A stretch of 63,929 bases of DNA, counting the filler, from Reclinomonas americana ATCC 50394 (taxonomy: Eukaryota): the NCBI GenBank assembly GCA_048213135.1. It is 19 parts of 19 records of this genome, joined end to end, with 100 filler letters (N's around TTAATTAATTAA, not from the genome) between each part and the next. Parts side by side here need not be neighbours in the genome. Positions count along the whole stretch, not along the records: positions 47,568 to 50,089 come from AFZH01020497.1; positions 50,190 to 51,768 come from AFZH01020498.1; positions 51,869 to 56,196 come from AFZH01020501.1; positions 56,297 to 57,451 come from AFZH01020502.1; positions 57,552 to 62,751 come from AFZH01020503.1; 14 more parts are not named here. The stretch is one strand, 5' to 3'. Position numbers and translations under genes: made by a program. This document shows positions 47,781-60,533 of the stretch, in pieces. How positions within the stretch are numbered: position 1 is the first letter of the stretch; each line of letters starts with the position of its first letter. The notes beneath the pieces were generated by a model, which made no database searches, had not been told where the DNA came from, and saw only the letters and a list, made by a program, of their open reading frames with translations.

Positions 47781-50610
47781 ATAAATGGAAGAAAAGAACC
47801 AGAGGATGAGAGAGCGACACAAGAACGGCAGGCGCATCTCTCCCTGTTGTTGCGTTGCGCACCTGGCAGCTCCTCGAGAATTCGGAAGTTGCTGATAACA
47901 CGCTCGCCAACCTCCACGAAGCGGTCCACCAGTTGTGCGTACGAGCTGAACACCACGACCCACAGACTGGTTGCGTGACATACGGTCAGTCAAAGAATAT
48001 CATCATATCGACGCTCTCATGCAACAACGGCATCTCACCGGCCGTCCGCCTTGAGGCCGCGGCACACTGCCTTGTATCGTTCCTGCGAGAGAGCAACAAC
48101 AGTTAAGTCACAGGGGCACGAGGAAATTGTTCCGCGGCAAAGTCTCACGTTTTCCACGACGACTTCCATTGCATCGTCATGTCCGCTGAGCGTGCACGGC
48201 TTGGTGCTGACAATCCTGCACGTGCCGAACCCCCAGAACGGTGCTCGTGCCGCAAGGAATGCCTGCACAACGTATGAGAGGGAGAGAGAGATGAGACGAC
48301 TCGTGCCTCACTGTGCAGCAGTTGTGCGACAAGCGTGAGCGCACCGAGAAATCCTCCTCGGCTGCGGCCGGCGTAGGTTCCACGCGCAGCGACAAGTCGA
48401 GGACGAGGCTCATTGCCGGCACCTCGGCACTGATCTCCAAGAGTTCGACGCCGGGCGTGGAGTCGTCGCATTCGTACGCCCAGTGGCAGGGGAAGGCGAG
48501 GCTGTAGCGCGACTTGTGCGACACGTACAGCACGTGGGTTTTCTCTATGGGAGGGAGGGAGGGGGTGGTGAGGGAGAGGGAGAGAGAAGTGAGGAAAGAG
48601 GGGAGGCGCACCGTCGCCCACGAGGTCGTTGTAGGCCAGCTCGACGGGGCTGATGTAGCCAGTGGGGATGGCCTGTAAAGAGGGGGAAGGGATTAAAGGA
48701 GAGGGAGAGCGGAGGCGGATGTGGGATGAGATACAAGGAGGACGATACACGTGTTGCTCGTGGTGAGAAGAAGAAGCTGACACACAAGAGACTAGAATAC
48801 ACTCGGCATGGAAAGAGTAAAGGAAAGAGAGCGCGGCAGAGGCAGATGTTTCGGGATGAGATAGAGAAGTTGGGGAGAAGGTACACGGACGATACGCGTG
48901 TTGCTCGTGGTGAGAAGAAGGGGGCGAACGGCGGCGTGCGCACTCGAGCACAACAAGGCGAACACGAAGACGGAACATGGAGATAGAGTGCAAGATCGAA
49001 CAATGCGATCAGGGAGGGAGAGAGAAGCGAACCTTCGCCAACTGAGCGCACGCCTCCTCGTAGAACTCGGGCTCGGCCGCCAGCGCCAGAATCATAATGA
49101 TGTTCTGGTACATGCCAAAGATGGTCCTGGAGGGAGAGAGACACAGTAAGCGCAAACCGACAGGAAAATGCTGAACACCGACACACACACACACGCACCA
49201 GTACTTGGTCACTGTGCCGTCATCCGCAGTCTGCACAGTAGATGAGCGGATGAGAAGAAGAGCTGCAGCGTGCATTCTTTGTCTCCCCTCCCCTCCGAGA
49301 ACACGTGACAGAAGATCCATGCAAAGAAGAAAACACTCCTCTCTCGTCTTCCTCTTTTCTCCGATCACTCTGCACCTCCTCGCACAATCACAAACTACAG
49401 CAATGCATTTCCAAGCCTTGCTATCTAAGATCGCAGTCTCAAACCACAAAATCAAGCACCCCACCTTTTCTCTCTCTCTCTATCTCCCCTTACGATCAAG
49501 CTGGTCTCGCTCACAAAAATCACTGTCTCGTGCACACAGCAGCACATGCGTCGCTTCTATCTCCTCGCACGTCACAAGCACGGACTCGAACACTGTTCTT
49601 CCATGCTCGCCTCGTGCACATCAAAGCAGGCCCCTGCATCCTCCCTCCTTTCTCCCACCAATCCCATCTCACTTTCCCACACTCCCGCACAGACACGGCA
49701 TCTCCTCGCACGTCACAAGCACGGGCTCGAACACTTTTCTTCCGAGGCTGAACTCGGTGATCGCAGTCCCGTGTTCACCAAAGCAAGCGCTCTCCCTTAT
49801 CCCTCTCCTTCCCCTCCCATTCCTCTCCTCCCATCTCTCTCGCACTCTCTCACCAAGGCACAAGCCCTGAGCTTTCACGCTTGTCTCGATCACAAAGGTC
49901 GCAGTGTCATACTCCACAGAAGCAAACGTGCCTCCCTCCTTCCTTCATTCCCCTGCCATTCCTGTCCTCCCCTCTCGCCGCCTCGCTCACCAAGGCACAA
50001 AACACTGACCTTCAAGCTTGCCTCGATCACCACCCACAGAAGCAGACGCGCCTCCCTCCCTCCCTCCTCCTTCTTCTCTCTCTCTCTCTNNNNNNNNNNN
50101 NNNNNNNNNNNNNNNNNNNNNNNNNNNNNNNNNTTAATTAATTAANNNNNNNNNNNNNNNNNNNNNNNNNNNNNNNNNNNNNNNNNNNNCCCTTCTCTTC
50201 TTTCTCTCTCTCTCTCTTCTCTCCCTCTCTCTCTCTCACCAGTTCTCCTTATCCTCCGCGCCCTTTGCTGCATCCTTCAGCCGCACCCGCACATCTCCCG
50301 CCACTCCATTCGGAGTTGGTCCCATGACGCTCGCCGAGGCGCCGCCCTCACTCAGTCCACTGTTGCGAAACGCGGGAACCCACACGGCAGGGATGTTCAT
50401 GTGGAAGCCAAAGTGAGGCACCGAGTAGAGCACCTCGTCGTCGCCGAGTGGCAGAGGGAAGCTCTCGGGAGCGGGAGCTGCTGCACTGCCACTGCTGCTG
50501 GAGCCGTGATCGTGGTCGCATGCTTCCCCGTGCTCGTGATGGTGATGGTGACCGTGACCATGGTGGCCGTGATGGTGAGGGCAGCCTGGGTGGTGCTGGT
50601 GGCCGCTCAT
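46556..50610 (-). CDS. Hypothetical protein with His-rich N-terminus and repeated PsbP/Mog1-like domains (joined across two gaps by inference)
   Basis: Starts MSGHQHHPGCPHHHGHHGHGHHHHHEH. Repeated motifs FHMNIPAVW, YSLAFPCHW and FKLPALEGW; ends FDDFEPVFRQFMLSNLRPIPDS*. Confidence 0.5.
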
Positions 50611-51015
50611 CGTGATCGGATTGATACTTTGTAGCTGACACTGGGACAACTTCGTTCACCACCATAGCACTTTGTTGTCGTCGTCGAGTGGCAGAGGGAA
50701 GGACTCGGAGGGAGCTGCTGCACTGCTGCTGCTGGAGCCGTGATCGTGATCGCATGCTTCTTCGTTCTCGTGATGGCGGTGGTGACCATGGTGACTGTGA
50801 TGGTGAGGGCAGCCGGCAATTTCATTCACCAGCGTAACACCAGTTTTGAGTGACACCGAGCAACCGCTGCTGAAGCCATGATCGAGGTCGCCAGCTCGGC
50901 GACCATTGCTGACAGCAGCGCGTGGTCCGGATCTGCGAATACCTTGGTGAGCCACAAAAACATCACTGCAGGCAGCGTGGTCGCCCACAAATCACCTCCT
51001 TCCCGCATCACCGAC

Positions 51016-51768
51016 TCAGAAGCGCAATCCGGGTTCCACGGCGCACCGCTGCACCACCACGGCCGCCTCCTCGACGATGCAGCATCGCATCACAATGTCG
51101 ACCAGGCAGCGCGGATCCTCGTCGTCGTCGTCCTCCTCCTCCTGCCACCGTTGCCTCTGCAGCTCGTGTACAACCTGCATGGCGTGGCGAGCGCTATCGA
51201 GTTCCCACCGAGCGAGGCCGAGGGGCGTGCACCACACGCGCACCACGGCCTCGTCGTTTCCCGTCACCACATGCTGACCATCGGGAGTCACCGCAACAGA
51301 ATTCACCCCAATGGTGGGGTCGAATTCGTGCACCTGACTCACTACCACGCCATTCGCCACGGCCCACACCCGCACGTCGCCGTTCCAGTCGCCAGTCACA
51401 ATGTGTTGCCCGTCGGGTGTGGCGACAACCGACGACACCCCACCCGTGTGTCCCACCAGCCGTCGTACCTCCTCTCCAGTCCCCAGCGACCACACGCGCA
51501 CGGAGTCGTCCCAGCTGCTGCTGACCACGAACTCCCCGTCGGGTGTAAAAGCCACCGTCGACACCCAGTCCGTGTGTCCTTCAAACTGTCGCACCGCCTC
51601 TCCACTTGCCAGTGACCACACTTGCACCAGCTTCTCGTAGCCTCCATTCGCCACAAGCCGACAATCGGGAGAGACTGCGATGCAGCGCAGTCCACTGATC
51701 TTCTCCTTCAACTGTCGCACCTCTCCCTCGCCCGTCAGTGGCCACACACGCACAAAACCATCGCGGCT
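51016..51768 (-). CDS. WD40-repeat protein fragment, intronless in this stretch; 3' part possibly degenerate
   Basis: Regular WD repeats FEGHTDWVSTVAFTPDGEFVVSSSWDDSVRVW and LVGHTGGVSSVVATPDGQHIVTGDWNGDVRVW. Confidence 0.75.
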   Translation of the reverse strand, partial: SRDGFVRVWPLTGEGEVRQLKEKISGLRCIAVSPDCRLVANGGYEKLVQVWSLASGEAVRQFEGHTDWVSTVAFTPDGEFVVSSSWDDSVRVWSLGTGEEVRRLVGHTGGVSSVVATPDGQHIVTGDWNGDVRVWAVANGVVVSQVHEFDPTIGVNSVAVTPDGQHVVTGNDEAVVRVWCTPLGLARWELDSARHAMQVVHELQRQRWQEEEDDDDEDPRCLVDIVMRCCIVEEAAVVVQRCAVEPGLRF

Positions 51769-51869
51769 NNNNNNNNNNNNNNNNNNNNNNNNNNNNNNNN
51801 NNNNNNNNNNNNTTAATTAATTAANNNNNNNNNNNNNNNNNNNNNNNNNNNNNNNNNNNNNNNNNNNNC

Positions 51870-54800
51870 TCTCCGATACTCTGCCCGGCAATGGTGCCGA
51901 CCATTTCGCCGGGGGTGATGATGGCCTTTTGGAAGCGCGTCTCAATCTCCTTTAGCAGCGTGTCGAACGAGTCGCGATCCAGTTTGTGCTCCTGCGCGAC
52001 AAGAACAAGAATGAGTACTGCAGCGATTCGCGGACTACGCTGCCAAATCACGCAACAGCAATCACGCGCTTGGAGGCCAGCATGGAGCGCACGTAGATTT
52101 CGAACAGCAGCGTGGCATTGGAGCTCATTTCCACGTCCTCGATCTTGGTGACCGTCACGCGACTGCACAGCTCGCGCACCTGGTTGATAATGTACACCGG
52201 CTGTAGGTAGCTCTGCGTGTGCACCGAGATGCCGGCCTTGCGCTGCGCGTTGATAATCAGACGCTCAATGTTGACAGGCATCGGGGCCTTGCCGACACGG
52301 ATGCGACCGAGGAAACGGCGATCGTCCAGCAGCTGCGCAGTCTCCGCCGCCAACTCCGCCAGCTGAGTGGGGTCATTCAGCAGCTCCATGCGTACCTGCA
52401 CGCAAAAGGCAGTGAGCAACCCACACGGAGACCAGAAATCGATGGAAAAGTACCTCAGGCGCCAGGCACTTGCCAAAGTCGGGTCGCGGATTGTGCCCGT
52501 CGAGTTCGTATCGGTACCTCCGGTTGAATTGGCCTTCGTCCATACCGAACAGCACAATCGACACGTCTTCCAAGTGAATCGGATCCAGACCGTCCTCGCC
52601 GTACACAAACTGCAGAATGTTGCCGCCAGCGTCACGGACGGTGGCATCGTAGCGCACTTGCACGTCCTCCATGGCCTTGATGAGGCGGCGCTGAATGTAA
52701 CCGGTCTCGGCGGTCTTGCACGCAGTATCAATGATACCCTCACGACCGCCCATGGCGTGGAAGAAGAACTCGGCGGGCGTCAGGCCCTGCACGTACGAGT
52801 TGGCCACGAAGCCTTTCGACTCGGCCTCGTACACGTCCTGCTTGTAGTGCGGCAGGGTGCGGTTGCGGAAGTTGAAGGCGATACGCTTGCCCTCCACGTT
52901 CTGCTGTCCGACCGAGGCCACGACTTGGGCAATGTTGTTGATGTCGCCCTTGGAGCCGGCCGTGGCCATGGCTTTGAAGTTGTTGGAGCGGGAGAGGCGT
53001 TCAAGGGCGTGCTTGCCGGCTTGCTCGCGGGCTTCGTTGAGGGGCTGAAAAGGGGGAAGGAAGAGGGGAAGGAGAACGGGAAGAGTGAGGGGGACAGGGT
53101 GAGGGGGAGGATGAAGGAGAGAAAGGGAGAGAAAAGGGAGAGAGAGAAGAAGACAGAGACAGAGAGAGAGACAGAGAGAAGACAGAGAGAAGACACAGAG
53201 ACGTGGAGAGAAGGAGAGAGAGAAAGAGAGTGAGTGTGTGTGTGCGCGTCAGAGGAGGACAGGCCAAACGTTCTGAAGAGCGCAAAATATGTCGGCTTGG
53301 TGGTAAGCGAGAGAGGGAGAGAGAGAGAGAGAGAAAGAGAGAGAACAAATGACAAGAAGATGTGCCAGCACAAGACGAGGGTTACGTAAAGGAGACTGCT
53401 CTCTCACTCCCTCCTTTGCTTTCTCTCCCTCGCCTGCTCCCCACTCACCGCATTCACAAGTCGCTCAAACGACTCGAGCAGCGTCAGACCGGGCTTCGGC
53501 TCCAGCTGATGCCGCTTCAGGTTCTCAATGTGCTGCTTCACACGGTTGCGCGCCTCCTCGACAATCTCCTCGATACGCCGCTTCGTCTCATCGTCGGGCA
53601 CACAATCGCCAATGCCAATGGAGAATCCGTTGTGCAGCAGCCAGTAGTTGACCACACGCTGGCAATCGCCGACGAGCTTGGCGCACACTGCCGGGCCGTA
53701 CTCCATGTAGGTGACGTGGATGAGTGAGCCGCCTGACGAACCCATGGTGTTTTTGCAGCAAATGCCCGCAATCAGTTGGCCTGCCACACAAAGAGTGAGA
53801 AAGATGCGCTCATGCAAAGAGACTGAGGCCATTTAAACCTTGCTGAATAATGACATTGGTGTCACCGATCGAGGCGTCCGGGTCGATCACGTCGGGGTGC
53901 GACGCGTCGTCGGGGTGACCCTTGGACTTGCGATTCACATTGACCGGCGGCAAGAACTACGACGACAGAAATTGAGTGGCCAAGCAAGAAAGCGCATCCC
54001 TCAACACGACATCACCTGTGAAAACAGCTGCTTGCCGGTCCACAGTGGGCGCGGCTTGAGAATGGCGGGTGTCGGGATCTGTCCGTTCCAGTCGTCGACA
54101 TACATCAGGTTGTTCATGAACATGTCCTGGTAGTGGCAACGACAAGCGTGGGTGAGTCGGGTGATCAGCCACCGTATCTCTCTCTCTTTCTAGTTATCCT
54201 TACCTTCTCAATAAACACATCGCGCACAGTCAGTTTGCGGCACGCCAGCAGACTGTCCTGCACAATGCCCATGACGGGACTGTTCGACTTCGGTGAAATC
54301 ATGTTCTTCGGCACCATCATCTGCACATGGAGGGGTGGTGAGTGTGCGCGACACGACAATGAGCCGAAAAAGAAACAAACCATTTCCATCAGCTCGGCCT
54401 TGGTGAGAAGGCTTTGCGGCGCGTGCAAGTTCATTTCGTCGCCGTCGAAATCGGCATTGTATGGACTGGTGACGGAGAGGTTGAGGCGGAATGTGGAGAA
54501 CGGCATGACTCGCACGCGGTGACCCATCATGGACATTTTGTGGAGGGTTGGCTGGCGGTTGAACAGCACAACGTCGTTGTCCTGCGGTAAAGGGGTAGAC
54601 AGGGAAGGATGGGTAGGAGGACAGGGGGGAGGATGGGGAGAAGGATGGGAGAGAACGGAGAGAGAGGGGGGAAGGAAAATGGGAAGAGAGGATGAAGAGA
54701 GAAGAACAGAGGAGAGGAGCAAGAGAGACATCTCCGTCTCAGCTCTCAATTTTGCTTCTACGCTTCGTCTTTCATTCGTTCACCCCGCTCACTGCTTCTT

Positions 54801-56744
54801 CTCTTCGATCCTCTCTCATACACATCCTCTCCCTGCTTGCAAGACAAAGAGTCACAAAGTGAAGACGAAGACGACAGCCAGAAGCACGAGAGTACTGTGG
54901 AGTCTGACGGCTGTACATGTCCATGAAATGGGGATGCATGAGATGGACGACAGGGACACACGAGATGCGTGGAGACAGAAGGAGAGAACAGAGGCCTCCA
55001 AGAGAGGCAATCGACAAGAGGCGCATTCAATCTACCTTCTCCAACAACCTTTCCCTATAAACCCACACCACGCAACTGCCAAATGCCTCTCCACAGTGTA
55101 CCCATACATCAGCGGCACGTTTGACGAGTAGCGCAGATCCTTGCGCATGCCGTCATCGGTGATGACGTAGCGCGCGCCGGGGTGCACCTGCGGGCCGCGA
55201 TGCACGAGGTCCTGCAGACGCCGAATGTTGTACTGCGTCACCACCTCGGGCACCGTCATGCGCAGCGCGACCTTGTCGGGCACACCGACTTGGTCGATCT
55301 CAATGTTGGGGTCGGCGGTGATGACAGAGCGCGCGGAGAAATTCACACGCTTGCCCATGAGGTTGCCACGAATGCGACCCTCCTTGCCCTTCAGGCGCTG
55401 TCGAATGGATTTGACAGGGCGGCCACCGCGCTTCTGCTTGGCACGCTCCAGTCCCTGCTGCTCATTGTCCATGTACGTGATGACGTGGAACTGCAGCAGC
55501 TGCTCCGTCTCCAGCAGCTGATGAGGTGGTGCTCCCGACTCCTCCTCGCGCCGCAGGTTGCGGTTGACAATGAGAATGTCGGAGAGCTTGAATGTCAGGT
55601 CGTCTTCCGAGCGACCGCCCGAGCCACCGGCCACCACCGACGGCCGGATGCTCGGCGGGGGGACGGGAAGCACGGCTGCATTTATATTTTGCTGTCAAAT
55701 AAATGCACAGACGGATGACGGGAGAAACAAAAAAACGCAACTGAGAATCATCCAGTCGGGACGGGCCTGGTCGGGGTTGAAGCCCATCATCTTGTAGGCC
55801 TCGTCGTCGACCTTGCTGAGGATTTCGTGGGCCACTTTTGGGCTCAGTCGTTCCTGTGGTGCACGACAGGAGAGGGTGAGGGAAAAGAGGAGAAGGGTGG
55901 GAGGGAAAAGAGGAGAAGGTTGAGAGGGGAAAGGGGAGGGAGGAAGAAGAGAGGAAGGGCGAGGGACTGGGAGAGAGTTGCCTTCTCCGCCCTTCCCTCT
56001 CCTATTTCACCCACTTCACCCACCTTGGTGTGCCCACTTCCACCACCGCCGCTCTTGTACTCCACCCACAGATCCATCTTCATCTTGCGAATGTTGTGTG
56101 GGCGCTGGAAGCCGCAGCCGCTGTTCTCCACCATGCTGGCATCAAAGTTGCCTTCGGCTTCGAGGCGCTTCCGCTCCTCTTGCTCCGCTGCCGTGTNNNN
56201 NNNNNNNNNNNNNNNNNNNNNNNNNNNNNNNNNNNNNNNNTTAATTAATTAANNNNNNNNNNNNNNNNNNNNNNNNNNNNNNNNNNNNNNNNNNNNGCAT
56301 TCTACACGCGCACGCTCCTCCTCTCTCTCTCTCTCTCTCTCTCTGCGTGTGCAGGTACGTGCGCGAAAGAGTGAGTGTGTGCGTGAGTGCTGTCTCTCAC
56401 GCATTCGCTGCTCATGCACTCACACCTGCACATGCAGCTGTCTCTTGCAACACGTTCTCTCATGCTCACAGCGCACACCCTCTCACTGACTGTGCGTGAG
56501 TGCGCGAGAGGCTGAATGTGTGCATGCGTGTTGTCTCCACGCATTCCCTGCTTATGAATGCATTCTCTTGCACTTGCTGTCTCTTGCTCTCTCATACACT
56601 TACTCTCACTCTCTCACTCTCTCACTCAATGACATGCACTGCTGCATGCAAATACGCAACAATCTGCTTGGGGCTGAGCACACCAAACTGGATTCGTCCA
56701 ATGGCCTTCAACTCGGCCGTTGATCCATGCAAGTACTCGGTCAT
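51870..56744 (-). CDS. RPB1: RNA polymerase II largest subunit (RPB1), N-terminal two-thirds; 3' end in gap
   Basis: First exon [28 protein letters not shown] (56744-56661). Motifs [77 protein letters not shown] and [14 protein letters not shown]. Confidence 0.95.
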
Positions 56745-57551
56745 TGCAACTCACTCACTCGCTCACTCAACGAGAGAGACACAAAGAGAGAGAGAAAGAA
56801 GGAGAGAGCGCGCGCGTGTGACAAGTGAGATGTCACTGACCTCTCACTCACTCACAGCTGCGTGTGCGTGTGTGTGTCTGCACGTGTGTGACTCTCAGGC
56901 ACACAAAGGGAGGGAGTGTGTGTGTGCGTATGTGTGGGAATGTGGTCGAAGTGAAATTGGAACGGCCGAGCGTGTGGTCTTCGCTCGCCGACGAAATCAC
57001 AAAAAAACCGAGTGTACGTTGGTTGATCAGACGATGGAAATAAGCTTGCCTGTCCTGCCGCATTGTCGGCAGAAGCGCGCGTGCGTTAGATGGTCAATGG
57101 GTGATAATGAGTTTGTGTTGAGCTGAACACAATTGTTTGCGTGTGAGAATCGCTCGCAATCGGCAATTTCAAGGCGAATTCGAATTCGAATTCGAATGCG
57201 GAAGTCATCGACGTCGAAGTTGCAACGAAGGCAGCCGGTCTCGGCATATCAATTTCTAGGCACAACTCTACAAAGTACAGGCTCGTGGCAGTGCAACCCA
57301 GCAAACACAAGTCTTGAAGGCAGCGACAAGTTTCGTCGAACAAGTCGACCTCATATGCGTGGTTTACCAGTGGATTTGACGTACTTGCATGAGAGCGAAC
57401 ACACACACACACAAGGAACCTGCTGCTGCCTCAAGATTGGTGTCGTGTGTTNNNNNNNNNNNNNNNNNNNNNNNNNNNNNNNNNNNNNNNNNNNNTTAAT
57501 TAATTAANNNNNNNNNNNNNNNNNNNNNNNNNNNNNNNNNNNNNNNNNNNN

Positions 57552-59041
57552 GGACATTTGTTTGAGCAGCGCCGCAGTCAGCGGCGCATTGACCGCCTCC
57601 ACTCGTTCGTCGTTGATGTAGAGGCCACCGCTGGTGATGAGTCGCCGTGCCTCACTTCGCGAGCTGACGAGGTTGCAGTGCACGCACAGGTCGACGACCG
57701 TGGCCAAACTCGCGAATTCGCCAGCTGGCAGCCGCGTCACTGGCACCGAGGCCGCCTCCAGCGCCGCCAAGGAGATTTTCGATGATGCACTCTCTCCATC
57801 CGCGCCAGCCGCCGTCGATGCCGATGGCTGATCCCCAAAGAGGGCCAGTGAAGCGGCGGCGGCACTGTCGGCGGCCTGCTGGCCGTGCAATTCGCTGGTG
57901 ATGCGATGTGCGACAAAGCGCTGGAGCAGTCGCTGCGCTGCGTCTGTTCGTGCATGTTCGTCGACAACGCGTCGGTACTCGTCGAGCGGCGTCGTGGTGA
58001 GCGACAGAAGCACTCGCTTCGCCGTCTCGTCATCCAGCCGGATAAAGTACTGCGGCAATGGTGAGGCGCACAATGAAGAGGGGAGCTGCAGAGCGGCGAG
58101 GCACGAAACCTGATAGAGGTTATAAGGCGACGTGCGTTCGGGGTTGAGCCACACGGCGTCGCCGGCCGAGGCCGTCGATTTGCCAATCTTCCGCCCTTCG
58201 CCGTCGGTCAGCAGCGGGATGGTGAGCGCCAGAGCCGAGTGATCGCCGGCGCCCGTATGCGTGCGCCGAATGAGATCGATGCCGAGGGTGATGTTGCCCC
58301 ACTGATCGCGCCCGCCAATCTGACACCGCACACCCTGCGTGCGCACAACACGTGAGTAGAGCATCACAACCACGGCAGCAGCATGTAGACGCAAACGCAA
58401 CATGATGATCGTACAGGTGATTGTAGTCATACGCCTGCAACAGCGCATACGAGAACTCGGTGAACGACATGTGCGCCTTGCGCGAATCCACGCTCTCCAG
58501 TCGCAACAGCGTCGACAGCCTGGCGAGAGGGCGCTGAGTGCCGCGACTTGGGCAGTCAGTCACAGCAACAAACGCACCTCACATGCTTCCCCGTATCACG
58601 AATGAAATCCAACACCGACACCCCGCCCAGCCACTCGGCGTTATTGAGCACCGTGGCCTCGCGCACCACTCGTCGCACATCGCACTCAATCGCCTTTACA
58701 TTCTCTGCCACCTGCTCCCGCGACAACAACGATCGCTCCGTGGCGCGTCCACTCGGATCGCCAATGAGTCCCGTGGCACCGCCAACGACCGCCACCACTG
58801 GATAGCCGTGATGTGCAAAGAGACGCAGTGTGGAGAGGATTTGCATGTTGCCGACGTGCAGACCGGGCGCGGTCGGATCAAAGCCAGCGTACACTGCAAA
58901 GCGACTTGTGGAAGAGGAGGAGGAAAACGCTTCGCGACAGCCATCGGAGGATTGGTCGATGAGACCGCGTGCTTGCAGCTCGTCCCAGAGAGTGCCCCTG
59001 GAGGAGGAGGAGAAGAGTCGACGATAGGCGCGTCGAAGCAT
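57552..59041 (-). CDS. YARS2: Bacterial-type (mitochondrial) tyrosyl-tRNA synthetase; 3' end at gap
   Basis: Arg/Ser-rich presequence MLRRAYRRLFSSSS. Motifs YAGFDPTAPGLHVGN, GGATGLIGDPSGR, EFSYALLQAYD, QIGGRDQWGNI, KIGKS and S4-like SRSEARRLITSGGLYIND. Confidence 0.92.
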
Positions 59042-59167
59042 TGTAAATGGAAGACTGAATCCGTTCAACGAACTGCTTGTGTCAGTGTCACTCTGTGTGT
59101 GTGAAGAGGTGCGTGTTGCCTGCAGCGTGAGTGCTGCCTCGTGGAGTCTCACTGTGTGTGTGTGCAG

Positions 59168-60340
59168 CGCGGATAAAGGAATGCTCGACAGCGGTCGCCT
59201 TCTTGTCATCTTCGCCCTCGTCATGATGATACGTCTCTCTCTGCACGCACACACGTACACACACGCGCACACGCGCAGTTAGTTGCATGTTGTGCTGCAC
59301 TGCATGTGTGTGTGTGAGAAGGCGAGGGTGCAATGTCTCGGTGATGGACGCACACGCACACGCACACAATGATGCTGACGAGTGCATCTCTCTCCCTCTG
59401 TGCTCTTCATTGCTTGCCGGAGCGCACGGCTTGAACATTTTCAGCTTGGGCACCAACAGGTGCGTGTGCAGATGAGCAACACACACACGCAGACTACTGC
59501 ATTCTCTAACTCTCTTTCTCTCGCTTTGTGAACACAGTGTGCAGTTCATGGCGTACAACAGCGCTGTGGCGGCGTTTGGTGTGTTTGTCGGCGAGGCGAA
59601 GCGCGCCACTGCCTCTCTCAATGTTTCGCATATTGATTGGTGGGGGTGGATGTGCACATTTTTTTCCTCGCACACTCACACTTGAACTCGTGGTGTGTTG
59701 CAGTTTATGATCATGCTGTTCTTCTCGTTTGTCGGTGAGCTCATACGCGCACTCATTCACTGGTGAGAGAGAAAGAGAAGGAGACTGATGATTGTTTGTG
59801 CGCAGCCGACTTGGTGTGGCTTGGTCTGTACGGCAAGTCTACTGCCGATGAGAGCACGCGGACAAAGTTCTGTGTTTGTGTGTTGTCTCTCTCTGTGTTC
59901 GTGCAGCTCACAGGTGCGTTTCACAGGTTCGGTCTGGGACTGGCTATCATCGCGCTGCTGGTCAAGGGTGTGTCTTAAGTGTTTTTCCCAGTCTTCTGTC
60001 TGCTTCTGTCGCTGACTTGTGTGTCTCACGTGCAGTGCCCTCGTTCTTCTTTGCGTTGCGTCTTGTGCACTGGATTTGGGGCGTTGCGGGGTGAGTTGTG
60101 CGCGTCTGACTTGTCTGTGTGCAGCTTCAAGATTTTCCGCGATGAAGGTCGGTGTTCGTGCTGCCGTGATTGTCAGTTGTCTCTCTCTCTCTGTCTCACA
60201 CACTCTGTCTCTCCACCACCAAAGGCCGCGGCGCTCCGTCGTACTCGGCAGGACCCTCCAAGCAACCGGGACTGGGTGCGGGACCTGCAGACTCGTCGTA
60301 CTCGGCGGGCGCCTCCGACGGCTACAACACCACAATCTAA
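59168..60340 (+). CDS. AGTRAP-like small membrane protein, paralog A (5' exons uncertain)
   Basis: FMAYNSAVAAFGVF..FMIMLFFSFVADLVWLGLY..FGLGLAIIALLVKVPSFFFAFKIFRDEG; TAA at 60338-60340. Confidence 0.55.
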
Positions 60341-60533
60341 CTGCAAGAAGTCGCTTCACGGCAGCCTCGTGTGCCGCGCCGCGTTAGCAACCGGGCAGTG
60401 CACGCTGCGCTGTCGAGTGAACTGAGGAGAAGAAAGGAAAAAATACCAAGTGGCGCTGTGCATTTTCTTCTCCGGCGCTGCAGCCGGGGTTTCCTCGCAC
60501 ATCATCATTTTGGGGGGTGTGTGTGCGAGTGGC

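Noticed and set aside
57175..57197. (GAATTC)n palindrome upstream of RPB1 as a possible heat-shock element
   Set aside because: The spacing does not fit nGAAnnTTCn; it is a short microsatellite with no other support.
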